A stretch of DNA of 64,000 nt from an uncultured Vicinamibacterales bacterium (GCA_958295905.1 OY282382.1:3942910-4006909); one strand, 5' to 3'. Positions 1-10,048 are shown, numbered from the stretch's first letter. Numbers and translations: made by a program. Notes: generated by a model from the sequence alone, not told the origin.

Positions 1-71
1 GCCGCGAGTGCGCGGTTCGCCGACCGCTGCGGCGCTCTCGTCACGGGTCCCCTCGGCGCGGGAGGTGCGCG

Positions 72-785
72 ATGACCGCCGCCGGCCCGAACGACCTGGC
101 GCGGGCCCTCCGAGCATTCTTCGCCGATCACCTGCCCCGGGTGCGCGGAACGAGTCCCCATACCGTCCGGAGCTATCGGGACAGCCTGGTGCTGCTGCTG
201 CGCTTCGTCGCAACCCGGTCGCAGCGGTCCGTCCTCGAACTGGACCTGGACGACCTCGGACCCCAGCCGATCCTCGCGTTTCTTCAGTACCTGGAGTGCG
301 ACCGGCACAACAGCGTCGCCACCCGCAACGTCCGCCTCGCCGCGGTCCACGCGTTCTTCCGATACTGCGCCATGGAGTACCCCGCACGGCTCGAACACTG
401 TCAACGTGTTCTCGCCGTCCCGTTCAAACGGACCGGCAGCCGCCCGGTGGAGTACCTCGAGCACGAGGAGATCGACGCCATCCTGGGCGCCGTCGATCGC
501 CGCACCGTCGACGGTCGGCGCGACTATGCGCTCCTCGCCACGATGTTCAACACCGGCGCCCGGGTCCAGGAAATCGTCGTGCTGAGCGTCGCCGACCTGC
601 GGCTGGACGCACCTGCACAGGTCCGCCTCCACGGCAAGGGGCGGAAGGAACGCGTCTGCCCGCTGTGGTCCCAGACCGCCGACCTGTTGCGTTCCCTGCT
701 GGCCGAACGCGATCGCGAACTGCAATCCGACGAGCCGGTCTTCCGCAATCACCGCGGGATGCGCCTAACCCGATTCGGCGACTAA
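72..785 (+). pseudogene. Tyrosine recombinase (phage-integrase family), C-terminally truncated
   Basis: 237-aa ORF with an N-terminal core-binding pattern ([16 protein letters not shown]) and the first catalytic boxes ([10 protein letters not shown]; [12 protein letters not shown]). It stops before the HxxR/Tyr box, and the stop codon lies inside the palindrome at 779-806. Confidence 0.7.
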
Positions 786-806
786 TGTTGAGCTCAACAT
801 TAGTCG
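779..806. repeat. 28-bp perfect palindrome (cgactaatgttgag|ctcaacattagtcg) with an AT-rich centre
   Basis: Read directly; both arms are exact reverse complements. It sits exactly at the junction of the truncated integrase and the IstB fragment. Confidence 0.95.
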
Positions 807-1108
807 ACGAGGTCGGCTACCTCGCCTACGATGCACGCGCCGCCGACCTCCTCTTCCAGCTCGTCAGCCGCCGCTACGAGCACCGCTCCCTCCTCATCAC
901 CACCAACCTGCCCTTCAAGCGCTGGGACACCGTCTTCCCCAACGCCTCCTGCGCCGTCGCCCTGATCGACCGCCTGACCCACCACGCGGAGATCCTCGCC
1001 ATCGAGGGCCAGAGCTATCGCCGCCGCGAGGCCGAGCTCACCCGGCAGCAGCGCAGCCGCAAACGTCTGTCCCGCAAACGGGCCTCTGACAACGGCGGTC
1101 AGCAGTGA
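785..1108 (+). pseudogene. IS21-family IstB-like ATPase, C-terminal fragment only
   Basis: The last ~105 aa of ORF 8..1108 read [46 protein letters not shown]...[13 protein letters not shown]. This is a typical IstB Walker-B-to-C-terminus pattern. The N-terminal two thirds and the istA partner are absent. Confidence 0.75.
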
Positions 1109-1183
1109 GCACAGTCGATGGCGGTGCAGAAATGATCACTTTCAGGCGCTCGACAACACGCCGCGGGAAACCGGTCCGGGACC

Positions 1184-1513
1184 TCAGCGGACGCGGTCGA
1201 TCAGGCGCGTCAGGTTGGCGATGTGGTCCATCAGCCTGACCCGGCCGGTCGGGGTCAGGGTGTACCAGGTCACCGGACGCCGGCCGCGGAAGGTCTTCTC
1301 GATCGACAGGTAGCCGGCGTTCTCGAGCTTGCGCAGATGGGTGCCGATACTGCCGTCGGTCTCTTCGAGCACCTTCTTGAGGCGGCTGAACGACATCGCG
1401 TCGTGCTTCGAAAGGAACACGCAGATGGCGAGCCGCACCCGGTGCTCGAAGAGCCCGTCGAGCGACGCCAGCTCGTCGAGGCCGCCGATGTCCGGATCAG
1501 CTCGTTGCGTCAC
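1184..1513 (-). CDS. Winged-helix (HTH_34/ArsR-like) transcriptional regulator
   Basis: 109-aa ORF with a GTG start. The pattern is RLAICVFLS...MSFSRLKKVLEETDGSIGTHLRKLENAGYLSIEK...VTWYTLTPTGR. Confidence 0.7.
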   Translation of the reverse strand: MTQRADPDIGGLDELASLDGLFEHRVRLAICVFLSKHDAMSFSRLKKVLEETDGSIGTHLRKLENAGYLSIEKTFRGRRPVTWYTLTPTGRVRLMDHIANLTRLIDRVR

Positions 1514-1607
1514 GGGTCGGGGCGCCCAGGAACGCCTGCGCCACGAGCGCGGCCGCGATGACCACGCCCGTGACGCTCCACCGGTAGCCCGGCACGAAGA
1601 ACGTCAT
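1497..1607 (-). CDS. Candidate 36-aa single-TM micro-protein, overlapping the start of the regulator
   Basis: Hand translation gives [36 protein letters not shown]. Nearly all third codon positions are G/C, and it overlaps the regulator start by 17 nt. It is below the ORF-track size cutoff. Confidence 0.35.
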   Translation of the reverse strand: MTFFVPGYRWSVTGVVIAAALVAQAFLGAPTRDATS

Positions 1608-2146
1608 CACGGAAACGGCCGCGACCCGCCCTCAGGACGTTGATCGATATCGACTTGTCAGGTTCAACAAAGGCCGGCCTGTTCCCTCACCGGCGACTTG
1701 CAAGGCAAACGATTCCCTTCGGCGTCCTCACCGCAGCGCGGGGCCGGACCGGCGCATCGGCGGCGAACAGGCCGAGTCAAGGTGCGGCGGCCCTCGTGTC
1801 GACAGTGGCCCGAACGTGCGTCAATCCGGACAAGTCTTCGAGCACACCTGTAGGGGGTCAAGGTTGGGCATCATTCGAAAAATGCCCGGTTTGGACAGGC
1901 GTGCGCGGAGCCGTCGTCCAGGCCGAGAGCCCCGCGAAGCGGGCGCGGAGCGAAAGCGACGCGCCTTGACGCCGGCGAGCGCACCGAAGCGGCCGGTCGG
2001 ACGACGCCCCGGCCACCACAACGTCTTGGGGCCGGCGCCGGGCTCGAATCGACCGCGTTCGGCAACCGCCAGGCGGTCGCCGCCGGTGGCGGCGCGGGGG
2101 GGGGTTGGGCGGCTTCGCCGGGACGCGGCGGCGCGCTCAGCGCGGA

Positions 2147-3967
2147 TCAGCCCTGCTCCCAGCCGCAGGACCGGCCGGCGTTCTGCTCGTCGAGCCAAGC
2201 CTGGAGGGGGGCGAAGTAGTCGAGGATGGCGGTGGCGTCCATCTCGCGCCGGCCCGTGCCCAGCTCGAGCACGTCGGGCCAGGGCCGGCTCGCGCCCGGC
2301 TCGAGCATCGCCTGCAGCCGCCGCCCCGCCTCCCGGCTGCCGAAGATCGAGCACCGGTGCAGCGGACCCTCGTGGCCGGCCGTCTCGCACAACGCCCGGT
2401 GGAACTGGAACTGCAGGATGTGGGCGAGGAAGTAGCGCGTATAGGACACGTTGGCGGGAATGTGATATTTGGCGCCGGGATCGAAGTCGGCTTCGCTGCG
2501 CGGCGCCGGGGGGCTGACGCCCTGATACGCGGTCCGGAGGTCCCACCAGCCCTCGTTGTACGATTCCGGCGGAATGTCCCCCGAGAACACCCGCCAGCGC
2601 CACTGATCGACGAGCAGGCCGAACGGCAGGAACGCGACCTTGTCGAGCGCGAGCCGCAGCAGCCGCCCGATGTCCCGGTCGGCCGGCGGCGCCCGATCGA
2701 GCAGGCCGACCTCGACCAGGTACTCCGGGGTCATGGAGAGGGCGATGGTGTCGCCGATGCCTTCGTGGAAGCCGCCGTTGGCGCCGTCCCGGTACAGCGG
2801 CGACTGGCCCCGGTAGGCGCGCTGATAATAGTTGTGGCCCAGCTCGTGGTGGATGGTGACGAAGTCCCCGCCGTTCACTTCGAGGCACATCTTGATGCGC
2901 ACGTCCGAACCGTAGTCCAGGTTCCAGGCGCTGGCGTGGCAGACCACGTCGCGGTCGGCGGGCTGGACGAACAGCGACCGCTCCCAGAACGTGTCCGGCA
3001 GCGGGTCGAACCCGAGCGAGTTGAAGAAGCGTTCGCCGTAGCGCACCATCGCGATCTCGCCGACGTCCGCGTCCTCGAGCAGATCGGTCAGGTCGTAGCC
3101 CGGGTCGGTCCGCCGCGGGGCGACGAGATCGAAGACGTTGGCCCACGTCTGACTCCACATGTTGCCGAGCAGATGGGCGGGAATCGCCTCGTCCGGGGGG
3201 ACGATGGCCGAGCCGTACTCGTCGGCCAAGCCCGCCCGGACGTGGCAGTGGAGCGACTCGTAGAGCGGGCGCACCTGGTCCCACAACCGTTCGAGCTCGG
3301 CCGTGAACGCATCGGGGGGCATGTCGTAGCCGGCGCGCCACAGCTCGCCGAGATCGGCGAACCCCAGGTCGCGGGCGCCGATGTTGGCCAATTCCACGAA
3401 GCGGGCATAGGAGTCGCGCATCGGCGGCGCCACCGCCCGCCAGCCGAGCCACAGGTCCAGCAGCTCGTCGGTGTCGCGGACCTCGGCGAGCCGCCGTTCG
3501 AGCTGCGGCAGCGACAGGCACTCCCCGCCGCCGCCGGAACAGTACGCGCCCCGGCCGTACGCGGCCTCCATCCCCGCGGCGATGGCCGACAGTTCCGCCT
3601 GCCGCGCCGGATCGGCGGGCGCCGCCACCCCCATCGACGTCTTCAACCGCAGCAGCTTGCGCCGGAGGTCGTCGGGAAGGTCGACCCCGTCGAAGCGCGC
3701 GGCGTCGGCGGCCAGCGCCATGGTGAGGCCGATGACCGCGGTCCGGGCCTCGGCCGCCTGCGCCGTGGTGTCCTCGGTGATGTAGGTGTTCTGGATCCAC
3801 GACGCCCGCCCCGCCGAGATCCAGGCATCGAGGAGCCGGGTCTCCGCCGCGTCGAGAAAGGCGCGCGCCTCGTCGGCGGACGGCGGGGCCTCGGCGCAGG
3901 CGGCGGTCAGGATGCAGAGCACGCCGACGCACCGGAAGACGCGCTTCATGGACAGCCTGCCCTTCAT
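2147..3967 (-). CDS. Peptidyl-dipeptidase A (M2 family, ACE-like zinc peptidase), probable lipoprotein
   Basis: [10 protein letters not shown] zinc motif and ACE-like length. The N-terminus [24 protein letters not shown] has a lipobox. The ATG at 3967 overlaps the purA stop (ATGA); an alternative ATG lies at 3949. Confidence 0.85.
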   Translation of the reverse strand: MKGRLSMKRVFRCVGVLCILTAACAEAPPSADEARAFLDAAETRLLDAWISAGRASWIQNTYITEDTTAQAAEARTAVIGLTMALAADAARFDGVDLPDDLRRKLLRLKTSMGVAAPADPARQAELSAIAAGMEAAYGRGAYCSGGGGECLSLPQLERRLAEVRDTDELLDLWLGWRAVAPPMRDSYARFVELANIGARDLGFADLGELWRAGYDMPPDAFTAELERLWDQVRPLYESLHCHVRAGLADEYGSAIVPPDEAIPAHLLGNMWSQTWANVFDLVAPRRTDPGYDLTDLLEDADVGEIAMVRYGERFFNSLGFDPLPDTFWERSLFVQPADRDVVCHASAWNLDYGSDVRIKMCLEVNGGDFVTIHHELGHNYYQRAYRGQSPLYRDGANGGFHEGIGDTIALSMTPEYLVEVGLLDRAPPADRDIGRLLRLALDKVAFLPFGLLVDQWRWRVFSGDIPPESYNEGWWDLRTAYQGVSPPAPRSEADFDPGAKYHIPANVSYTRYFLAHILQFQFHRALCETAGHEGPLHRCSIFGSREAGRRLQAMLEPGASRPWPDVLELGTGRREMDATAILDYFAPLQAWLDEQNAGRSCGWEQG

Positions 3968-5319
3968 GACGATCCTGCGTTGAAAGCCGGCGGCCGGGGC
4001 TGCGAAACCGGCCGCGCGCGTCCGGCCTGCCACCGGTCGACGAGTCCGCCGCGCACGAGAATGGTGTCGGCCCGATCCGAGCCGGTCGAGATGATGGCGA
4101 CCGGCACCCCGCTCAGGGCCTCGATCCGCGCCAGGTAGGCCCGGGCCTCCGGCGGCAGGTCTCCGTACCGACGCACGCCGGCGGTCGGCCGAGACCACCC
4201 TGGCAGGCGCTCGTACACCGGCCGGCAGCCGGCGAGGATCGCGGGGCTCGCGGGAAACTCCGTCAGCAGGCCCTCCCCGTGGCGGTAGGCGGTGCACAGG
4301 GGAATCTCGTCGAGGCCGTCGAGCACGTCCAGCTTGGTGACCGCGAGCGCATCCAGCCCGTTCACGCGCACCGCGTAGCGGACCGCCACCGCGTCGTACC
4401 AGCCGCACCGGCGCGGGCGGCCGGTCGAGGCGCCGTACTCGCGCCCGCTCTCCCGCAGCAGGTCGCCCTCGGCGCCGTGCAGCTCGGTGGGCAGCGGCCC
4501 CTCGCCGACCCGGGTCGTGTAGGCCTTGGCGATACCGAGGACGGAGCCGACGGCGCGGGGACCGATCCCGAGACCGGTGCAGATCCCGCCGACGGTCGCG
4601 TTGGACGAGGTGACGAACGGATACGTGCCGTGGTCGATGTCGAGCAGGGTCCCCTGGGCGCCCTCAAGAAGCACCCGCTCGCCGGCCTCGAACGCCCGCG
4701 CGAGGAAGACCGACGCGTCGCCCACCCAACCCGCCAGGCGCCGCCACGCCGCGCGCACCTCCGCGTGCAGCGCCCGCCAGTCGGCCTCCGGCCCCCCCAA
4801 CGCCTCGTTGCGCGCCGACACGTTCGCCCGAATCGCCGAGGCCAGGAACCCGTCTTCCGACGCATCGCCGAGGTCGGCGACCCGGATGCCGCGGCGTCCG
4901 GCCTTGTCCTCGTAGGTCGGCCCGATGCCGCGCGAGGTCGTGCCGATCCGCTGATCGCCGCGACGCGCCTCGGACAGCGCTTCGAGGTCGCGGTGATACG
5001 GCAGAATGACGTGCGCCCGGTCGCTGATGAGCAGCCGGTCGCCGACCTCGACGCCCTGTGCGGCGAGCGTCTCGATCTCCGAGAACAACGCCACCGGATC
5101 GATCACGACGCCGTTCCCGATGACACAGCGCACCCCCGGGTGCAGAATGCCGGACGGCAACAGGTGCAGAATGAACTCGGCCCCGCCCACCCGCACGGTG
5201 TGACCGGCGTTGTGGCCTCCCTGATAACGCGCCACAATGGACACGTTGGGCGTGAGCAGGTCGACGACCTTGCCCTTGCCCTCGTCGCCCCATTGCGCAC
5301 CGATGACGGCGATGTTCAC
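3964..5319 (-). CDS. purA: Adenylosuccinate synthetase
   Basis: NIAVIGAQWGDEGKGKVVD P-loop and YQGGHNAGHTV motif. GTG start at 5319 is preceded by a GAGGAA-like SD. The upstream part of ORF 3964..5796 is non-coding read-through. Confidence 0.9.
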   Translation of the reverse strand: MNIAVIGAQWGDEGKGKVVDLLTPNVSIVARYQGGHNAGHTVRVGGAEFILHLLPSGILHPGVRCVIGNGVVIDPVALFSEIETLAAQGVEVGDRLLISDRAHVILPYHRDLEALSEARRGDQRIGTTSRGIGPTYEDKAGRRGIRVADLGDASEDGFLASAIRANVSARNEALGGPEADWRALHAEVRAAWRRLAGWVGDASVFLARAFEAGERVLLEGAQGTLLDIDHGTYPFVTSSNATVGGICTGLGIGPRAVGSVLGIAKAYTTRVGEGPLPTELHGAEGDLLRESGREYGASTGRPRRCGWYDAVAVRYAVRVNGLDALAVTKLDVLDGLDEIPLCTAYRHGEGLLTEFPASPAILAGCRPVYERLPGWSRPTAGVRRYGDLPPEARAYLARIEALSGVPVAIISTGSDRADTILVRGGLVDRWQAGRARPVSQPRPPAFNAGSS

Positions 5320-5550
5320 ACTGTTCCTCGTTCCGTGAGAGTCGGCCCCGACAGCCTGCCGCAGAAGGCCCCGGCGCCTTCGACGGGCGGTCTCGGCGCG
5401 ATGCGGGGTTCCGCCGCAGGCTGCCCAGCCCTTCCATCGGGCCGCGTCTCCGGCCGAACGCCGCCGGGCGGTTGTCCCGGTCGCGCCCGATCCGGCGACG
5501 CCAAATGATCGATCGTAGCAGAAGGGGCCGAACCGCGCATCAGTCAGGAT

Positions 5551-5665
5551 CCAGGACCATCCCACGCTCCGCCACCGCCGTGCGCAGGCCGAATCGCGGC
5601 GGGTCCTGGGGCTCCGGACATGCGGAATCGTGGGTCTGACACCGCGCCGGCCGGTCGGCAAGACA
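5551..5665 (-). repeat. Partial copy of the REP/MITE-like element (family of 18528, 27758, 63685)
   Basis: ccaggaccatcccacgctccgccaccgc...ccggtcggcaagac matches the reverse complement of the 27.8-kb copies from one terminus through the 36-bp core. Confidence 0.7.
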
Positions 5666-5792
5666 CGGCCGGCCGGGTCCCGGGCCGGCGCCGGCCGCCG
5701 CCGCAGACCGGGAGTCCGCGCCGTGGAACGGTGCGGACCCCGGCAGGGCCGGGCGGCGATCGGAGCCGCCGGCGACGACGTCCGGGCCGGCG

Positions 5793-6758
5793 TCAAGCAG
5801 GTTCCTCCGCGCCATCGAGCGCCGCGAGCGCCCGCTCGGCCGCACGCTGCTCCGCTTCCTTCTTGCTGCGGCCCTCACCCCGGGCCAGCGCCCGCTCCCC
5901 CACCCGGATCTCGGTCTCGAACACCCGGCGATGAGCCGGCCCGGTCATGCCCACCAACTCGTACCGCGGCAGGCCCCGGTCGCGGGACTGCAGCCGCTCC
6001 TGCAGGGCGGACTTGTGATCCCGGGTCATGCCGGGGGTGAGATCTCCGGCTCGGACGACCTCGATCTGGGGCCTGAACCACCGTTCGATGAACCGGGCCG
6101 CCCCTTCGATTCCCCCGTCGAGATAGACGGCGGCGACCACCGCCTCGAAGGTGTCGGCGATGAGCGACCGCTTGGCTCGACCGCCGGTTCTCTCTTCTCC
6201 GCGCCCCAGCAGGAGATGGTTGCCGAGACCCAGCCGTTCGCCGACCTGGGCCAGCGCCGCGGTGGAGACGAGCGCCGCCCGCGCCTTCGACTTCTGTCCC
6301 TCGTTCCAGTCGGGACACTCCCGAAACAACCGATCCGAGATCACGAACCCGAGCACCGCGTCGCCCAGGAACTCGAGCGATTCGTTGTCGCGGACGCCGC
6401 CGCTGGCATCCTCGTGCGCCCGGGAACGATGGGTCAGAGCATGCTCGAGGAGCCCGGGGTCCTTGAAGCGATACCCCAGGGCCTCCTCGACGGCGCGAAA
6501 CTCGTCCCGAATGCGCATCAGTCGGTCGGAGACCTGCTGTCCGAACTCGGCGATGAGTCGGCGGGCGCGTGGGGCCTCCGCGCCGCGCACGGTCAGCCGC
6601 ACTTCCCCCAACCCGCTGACGGTGAGGGGAAAGATGGCGTGGGGCGCCCCCGACGAGAGGACCGCGTCGATGCCCCGCGTCTCGAGGAGCCCGCTCACCA
6701 CATTGGCCTCGATCGTGGACGGGGTGCGGAATACGACTTTCGGATCGGAATCGGTCAC
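5793..6758 (-). CDS. rnc: Ribonuclease III with an ~80-aa N-terminal DUF2007-like extension
   Basis: RNase III signature ESLEFLGDAVLG plus a C-terminal dsRBD. The GTG start overlaps the upstream gene stop (GTGA). Confidence 0.85.
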   Translation of the reverse strand: MTDSDPKVVFRTPSTIEANVVSGLLETRGIDAVLSSGAPHAIFPLTVSGLGEVRLTVRGAEAPRARRLIAEFGQQVSDRLMRIRDEFRAVEEALGYRFKDPGLLEHALTHRSRAHEDASGGVRDNESLEFLGDAVLGFVISDRLFRECPDWNEGQKSKARAALVSTAALAQVGERLGLGNHLLLGRGEERTGGRAKRSLIADTFEAVVAAVYLDGGIEGAARFIERWFRPQIEVVRAGDLTPGMTRDHKSALQERLQSRDRGLPRYELVGMTGPAHRRVFETEIRVGERALARGEGRSKKEAEQRAAERALAALDGAEEPA

Positions 6759-8938
6759 AGGCGGCTCGCGGGCGGCGGGAGGGCCGGCGGATCGCCGACC
6801 CGGAGGAGCACGATGGTCATGTCGTCATGCTGCTCCGCGCCGCCCGCGAACGCCTCGACGTCGCCCAGGACGCGCTGTTTCAATTCGTGCGGCGGCAGGT
6901 GGTTCTGCTCGGCCAGGGTACGGCTCAGCCGCTCTTCGCCGAAGAAATCCGAGGCCTCGTTCATCGCCTCGGTAACGCCGTCGGTGAACAACGCCACGAC
7001 ATCGCCGGCTTCGACCGGGAACGTGGACTCTTCGAGCAGCTCGGCGAATCTCTCCGCGGCTCCGTCGATCTGCAACCCCACCACCATCCCGTCCGGAACC
7101 AGCACCCGGGGCGTGGGCGTTCCCGCCGGCGCGGCCGGAACGTGGATCAAGGGGGTATGACCGGCCCGCGCATAGGCGAGACGGCGGGCCGCGAGGTCGA
7201 CGATCGCGTACGTCATGGTGATGAAGGTCCGGCTGTCGAGGCTGGCGGACAGAATGCGATTGACCTCGATGAGCAGTTGCCGGGGGCTCTGGTGGAACCG
7301 GCTCAGCGACAGCACCACGCCCTTCAGCTCGGCCATGTAGAAGGCCGCGGACGTACCCTTCCCGGAGACGTCGGCCACCAGCACCCCCAGCCGATGCTCG
7401 TCCAGCCGGATGAAATCGTAGTAGTCGCCGCCGACCTCCCGGGCGGGACGGCAGGCCGCGGTCACCGCGAGGCCCGGCACGGAGGCGGGTCCGTCGGGCA
7501 GGAGGGACATCTGGATGTCCCGCGCGATCCGCAGCTCCTCCTCGAGCCGGCGCTTCTCCTCGGCCTGGGTCAACAGATCCGCGATGCTGCCGGTCATCGC
7601 GTTGAACGACTTGGCCAGCTCGCCGAGCTGGTCCTCCGTGTCGACCCGGATGCGGTGGGTGAGATCGCCCTCCCGCACCCGTTCGGTGCCGGTGAACAGC
7701 GCGTGCACCGCCCCGGTGATCGACTTGGCGAGGACGAAGCCCATGACCAGGGCCACCGCCTCGATGGTCAGGAACATCACCCCTATCACCATCAGCACGG
7801 CCAGGAAGGTGCTGGCCATGACGTCGCCGCCCTCGGCGAACTGACGGTAGAACTCCACGGGGTGCACGCGAAACCACACCGCGCCGCGCCCCTGCCCGCC
7901 GGTGGACCAGTCGAGCAGGTCGACGTAGGCCCTCACCGGCGGATCCAGGGTCGGCGCGGCGCTCCGGGCCGGCGTCCCGAACAAGACCCGGACCGCGTCG
8001 GACGCGGCTCCGGCGGGGATGGCGCTACCGTCGGCCATCGTGGCCACCTCGAAATCGGTGAGGGTGACGCCGCGGGAGGCCTGCATGCGCCGCGTGACGT
8101 TCCCGGCGATCGGAAGGTCCGCGACCACCGCGTACGATTGCCCTTCCGCCTCGAACCTCCGCGCCCCGCGCGCCACCACCGTCCAGCCCGCCCCCCCCCG
8201 TGTCAGGACGAGCCCGGCCGCATCGCGGCCATCGCCGAGCCAGGCGGGAAAGCCCGGATCGCCCGAGTCATGCCGCCACGGCCCGGCGGCGCCGACGCGG
8301 CCGGTCTCCTTTCCCGACGACACGCCGATGGATGCGTCGGGATACCGCTCCTCGAACTCCCGCAGGCGACGCGCCAGCACCGCGCCCAAGTCCGCGGAAT
8401 CGACACGCCCGCGCAGATCGATGGAAGTCTTGTCCGCGAGCTCCTTCGCGTCCTCCACCGCGTCCGCGAAGCTGCGCTGCACGAGCGAGGAGCTGACCGT
8501 CGAGAGGAGCAGGGCGCCCGACACCAGGAAGCACGCGCCGAACGCCAGGATCGGCACGAAGCCGATCAGGACGTAGGACAGCACGAGCTTCCGCCGGACC
8601 CGCCACAGGAAACGTTGCAGCAGCAACGTCAGCATCCGCGCCAGCAGGTAGCCGAGGGCCGCCACGAGGGCGACGGTTCCCACCGTGTCGATCGCCCGCA
8701 GCCAGCCCGTGGCGGCTCCGCCGAACACCGCGATCAGCGTCTTGACTCCGACGACCGCGAAGATCGCGCGGCCGGGCGTCGAGGCCGCGAACAGCCCCGC
8801 CATGTCGCCGAGCGCTTCGACGAGGACGCGCAGGCGTCCGCCGACGCGGCCGTCTCCGCCGCCGGAGACGGGAGGCGCGGGAGCGGGGGAAGCGGCGGTC
8901 TTTCCGGCAGGATCGGAAGCCGGTGCCTGCGAAGCCAT
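6755..8938 (-). CDS. Membrane HAMP-domain PP2C/SpoIIE-type serine phosphatase
   Basis: 727 aa with TM segments, a HAMP-like linker (LTHRIRVDTEDQLGELAKSFNAMT) and a PP2C pattern (GGDYYDF...VADVSGKG...FTDGVTEA). Confidence 0.8.
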   Translation of the reverse strand: MASQAPASDPAGKTAASPAPAPPVSGGGDGRVGGRLRVLVEALGDMAGLFAASTPGRAIFAVVGVKTLIAVFGGAATGWLRAIDTVGTVALVAALGYLLARMLTLLLQRFLWRVRRKLVLSYVLIGFVPILAFGACFLVSGALLLSTVSSSLVQRSFADAVEDAKELADKTSIDLRGRVDSADLGAVLARRLREFEERYPDASIGVSSGKETGRVGAAGPWRHDSGDPGFPAWLGDGRDAAGLVLTRGGAGWTVVARGARRFEAEGQSYAVVADLPIAGNVTRRMQASRGVTLTDFEVATMADGSAIPAGAASDAVRVLFGTPARSAAPTLDPPVRAYVDLLDWSTGGQGRGAVWFRVHPVEFYRQFAEGGDVMASTFLAVLMVIGVMFLTIEAVALVMGFVLAKSITGAVHALFTGTERVREGDLTHRIRVDTEDQLGELAKSFNAMTGSIADLLTQAEEKRRLEEELRIARDIQMSLLPDGPASVPGLAVTAACRPAREVGGDYYDFIRLDEHRLGVLVADVSGKGTSAAFYMAELKGVVLSLSRFHQSPRQLLIEVNRILSASLDSRTFITMTYAIVDLAARRLAYARAGHTPLIHVPAAPAGTPTPRVLVPDGMVVGLQIDGAAERFAELLEESTFPVEAGDVVALFTDGVTEAMNEASDFFGEERLSRTLAEQNHLPPHELKQRVLGDVEAFAGGAEQHDDMTIVLLRVGDPPALPPPASRL

Positions 8939-8976
8939 ATGAGGGCCTTGCGGATGTTACCAGAGCGCGCCGGCGG

Positions 8977-9327
8977 TCAGGGCCGTTCGCCTCCGCCGGG
9001 CGGCGCGCCGGTCATCGCCTCGATCCACGCCACGTAACGCGGATCGCCGTCCACCGCGGGAATCACGAGGAACTCCGGCGTCTCGTAGGGATGCAGCTCG
9101 CCCACGCGGCGGCGCAGGCGGTCGACGCAGGCGCTCCGCGTCTTCACGAGCAACTGACGCTCCTGCGCCCGTTCGATCCGGCCCTCCCATCGATAGACCG
9201 ACTCGACGGCCGGCAGGATGTTCACGCAGGCCGCGCAGCGCTCGCCGACGAGGGTGGAGGCGAAGCCGGCGGCATCGGCATCCACCGGAAACGTGATCAA
9301 GACCACGACCGCGTCGGAAGAGGCCAC
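8977..9327 (-). CDS. cutA: Divalent-cation tolerance protein CutA
   Basis: Motifs CAACVNILP...SVYRWEG and YETPE. The GTG at 9327 is preceded by a GGAGGAA SD; the longer track ORF start is unlikely. Confidence 0.8.
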   Translation of the reverse strand: MASSDAVVVLITFPVDADAAGFASTLVGERCAACVNILPAVESVYRWEGRIERAQERQLLVKTRSACVDRLRRRVGELHPYETPEFLVIPAVDGDPRYVAWIEAMTGAPPGGGERP

Positions 9328-9464
9328 TCGTTCCTCCGTGTTCCGCCGGCGGGGCCGGCCCGCCGGCAGCAGCCCGGCCACAATCGCCCGCGGCTCCGCG
9401 GGCCGCTCAACCAACCCGGCGGGAGTCCTGCTCTCGGCCCCCGCTTCGACCGATACATGAAAGC

Positions 9465-9977
9465 ATGCCCCAGACCGCACGACGCGCGACCCGGCGGAGC
9501 GGGGTCCGGAGCTCCCGGGGACGAGCGCGGCCCGCGCAGCCGGCGCTCCCCTTCCCCGGCGCGGAGCGGGCCGAGGTTCCCCCGCCGCGCCGCGGGGAGC
9601 AGAGCTCGTGGCGGAGACGGCATCTCGCGCGGTTGCTGTTCAGCCTCCTGACCGCCATCCTGATCGCGAACGCGCTGATCGGCGAACGGGGACTGCCGGC
9701 CACCCTCCGGATTCGGCGGGAGCACCGGGAGCTGGCCGACACCATCGCCGAACTGCGGGAGACGAACCAGCGTCTGCACCGTGAAGCGGAGCGCCTTCGC
9801 AGCGATCCGGCCGCGATAGAGGAGCTGGCGCGCCGGGATCTTGGACTCATCCGTCCCGGCGAACAGCTCTTCGTCGTCACCGACCGCGCCGCGCCGCTTC
9901 CGGCCGAGCACGAGCTGGCCCGCCGCCGCACCGTTCCGAACGGCGCGCAGACCGAAGGCTTGCTCATCTCCGATTGA
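9465..9977 (+). CDS. ftsB: Septum formation initiator (FtsB/DivIC family)
   Basis: TM helix LLFSLLTAILIANALIG, then a coiled coil and the DPAAIEELARRDLGLIRPGE motif. The exact start is uncertain. Confidence 0.7.
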   Translation: MPQTARRATRRSGVRSSRGRARPAQPALPFPGAERAEVPPPRRGEQSSWRRRHLARLLFSLLTAILIANALIGERGLPATLRIRREHRELADTIAELRETNQRLHREAERLRSDPAAIEELARRDLGLIRPGEQLFVVTDRAAPLPAEHELARRRTVPNGAQTEGLLISD

Positions 9978-10048
9978 TCGGGTATCATACATTCATCGAT
10001 TGGATCGCAACGTTCCGGTCGACCCGCTTGAGCGGATCGGCCGATTGA

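Noticed and set aside
8-784. N-terminal 259 aa of track ORF 8..1108.
   Set aside because: It is an alternative frame of the integrase region with an Arg/Pro-rich composition. Only the part after 785 shows IstB homology.
1821-4138. Long Arg/Pro/Gly-rich ORFs antisense to or out of frame with real genes. Examples: 1821..3932, 2105..4138, 4279..5508, 6827..9037, 9985..12087, 11445..12953, 15700..17142, 18582..20579, 20192..21469, 28166..29803, 31467..32519, 61192..63975.
   Set aside because: These are typical shadow ORFs of very GC-rich DNA. Each overlaps a frame with clear family motifs, they have no recognisable domains, and their composition is extreme.
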